Below, one piece after another: positions 63,577 to 64,000 of a stretch of 64,000 bases of DNA. The stretch's first letter is position 1. Every line of letters begins with the position of its first letter. The translations under genes and the position numbers were made by a program. The notes beneath the pieces were generated by a model that saw only the letters and a list, made by a program, of their open reading frames with translations, did no database searches and had not been told where the DNA came from. Source of the DNA: Octopus bimaculoides (Eukaryota). The stretch spans positions 31,099,461 to 31,163,460 of the forward strand of contig NC_069001.1 in NCBI RefSeq assembly GCF_001194135.2. The letters are read 5' to 3'.

Positions 63577-64000
63577 CACACACATTTCCTCATTTAATTT
63601 CGTTTGTTTTGCATTGGCTTAATTCTTTCTTTTTTTTTTTACTTTCAGTTACTGCTGTAAACTTTAGACATTTATGCCGTGTTCCAGGTAGGTTACTTAT
63701 GTTTATTCTTATAATGTTCTTTGGAATTGTACACACTGCCTTATATGCTGTGAAGATTTTGTCCTACCCTAGGTACATGTTTTTCTTTTCAGTTAGGTCT
63801 TAACAATTGTAAATATGACCATCCCCTCATGCGTGAATACGTAATTTCTTGACAGTGGGGAAATATTTAGTGACGCAGTGGACAATGTTAGATTAAATGG
63901 TACTGCTAGGTGCCGAAACCACAACGATTTCTAAAACTACAGCAGATGATATATGTATGTATGTACGTATGTATTTGTATATATAATATATATATATATA

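Overview
This is eukaryotic, AT-rich, microsatellite-saturated draft-assembly DNA with about 16 N-gaps, mostly flanked by (AT)n. The interspersed repeats match, from memory and unverified here, tRNA-derived SINE families of octopus, so a coleoid cephalopod intron/intergenic region is the best guess. I recognise no host protein-coding gene with confidence, and I see no rRNA, genuine tRNA or CRISPR array. Most ORFs in the supplied track are translations of (AT)n/(GT)n tracts or of N-gaps. Supported content: (1) dozens of SINE copies from four families, labelled A, B/C, D and E here, including head-to-tail arrays of family A at 14.1-15.1 kb and 56.2-57.8 kb; (2) five fragments of restriction-like-endonuclease (RLE, R4/Dong-like) non-LTR retrotransposons sitting in TAA or TACA/CA microsatellites; (3) two decayed mariner transposase relics; (4) one Helentron-type non-autonomous (HINE/DINE-1-like) element; (5) Penelope-like termini, one with a recognisable decayed minimal hammerhead ribozyme fold; (6) a ~250-bp fold-back whose core looks like a pre-miRNA. 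A phase-consistent three-exon minus-strand gene model at 2.0-5.4 kb and a promoter-like motif cluster at ~13 kb are low-confidence. The most interesting signal is a microsatellite-centred retroelement ecology: RLE LINEs in simple repeats, SINE arrays that grow in their own tails, and a SINE carrying an internal microsatellite. All alignments were done by eye, and repeat boundaries are approximate.
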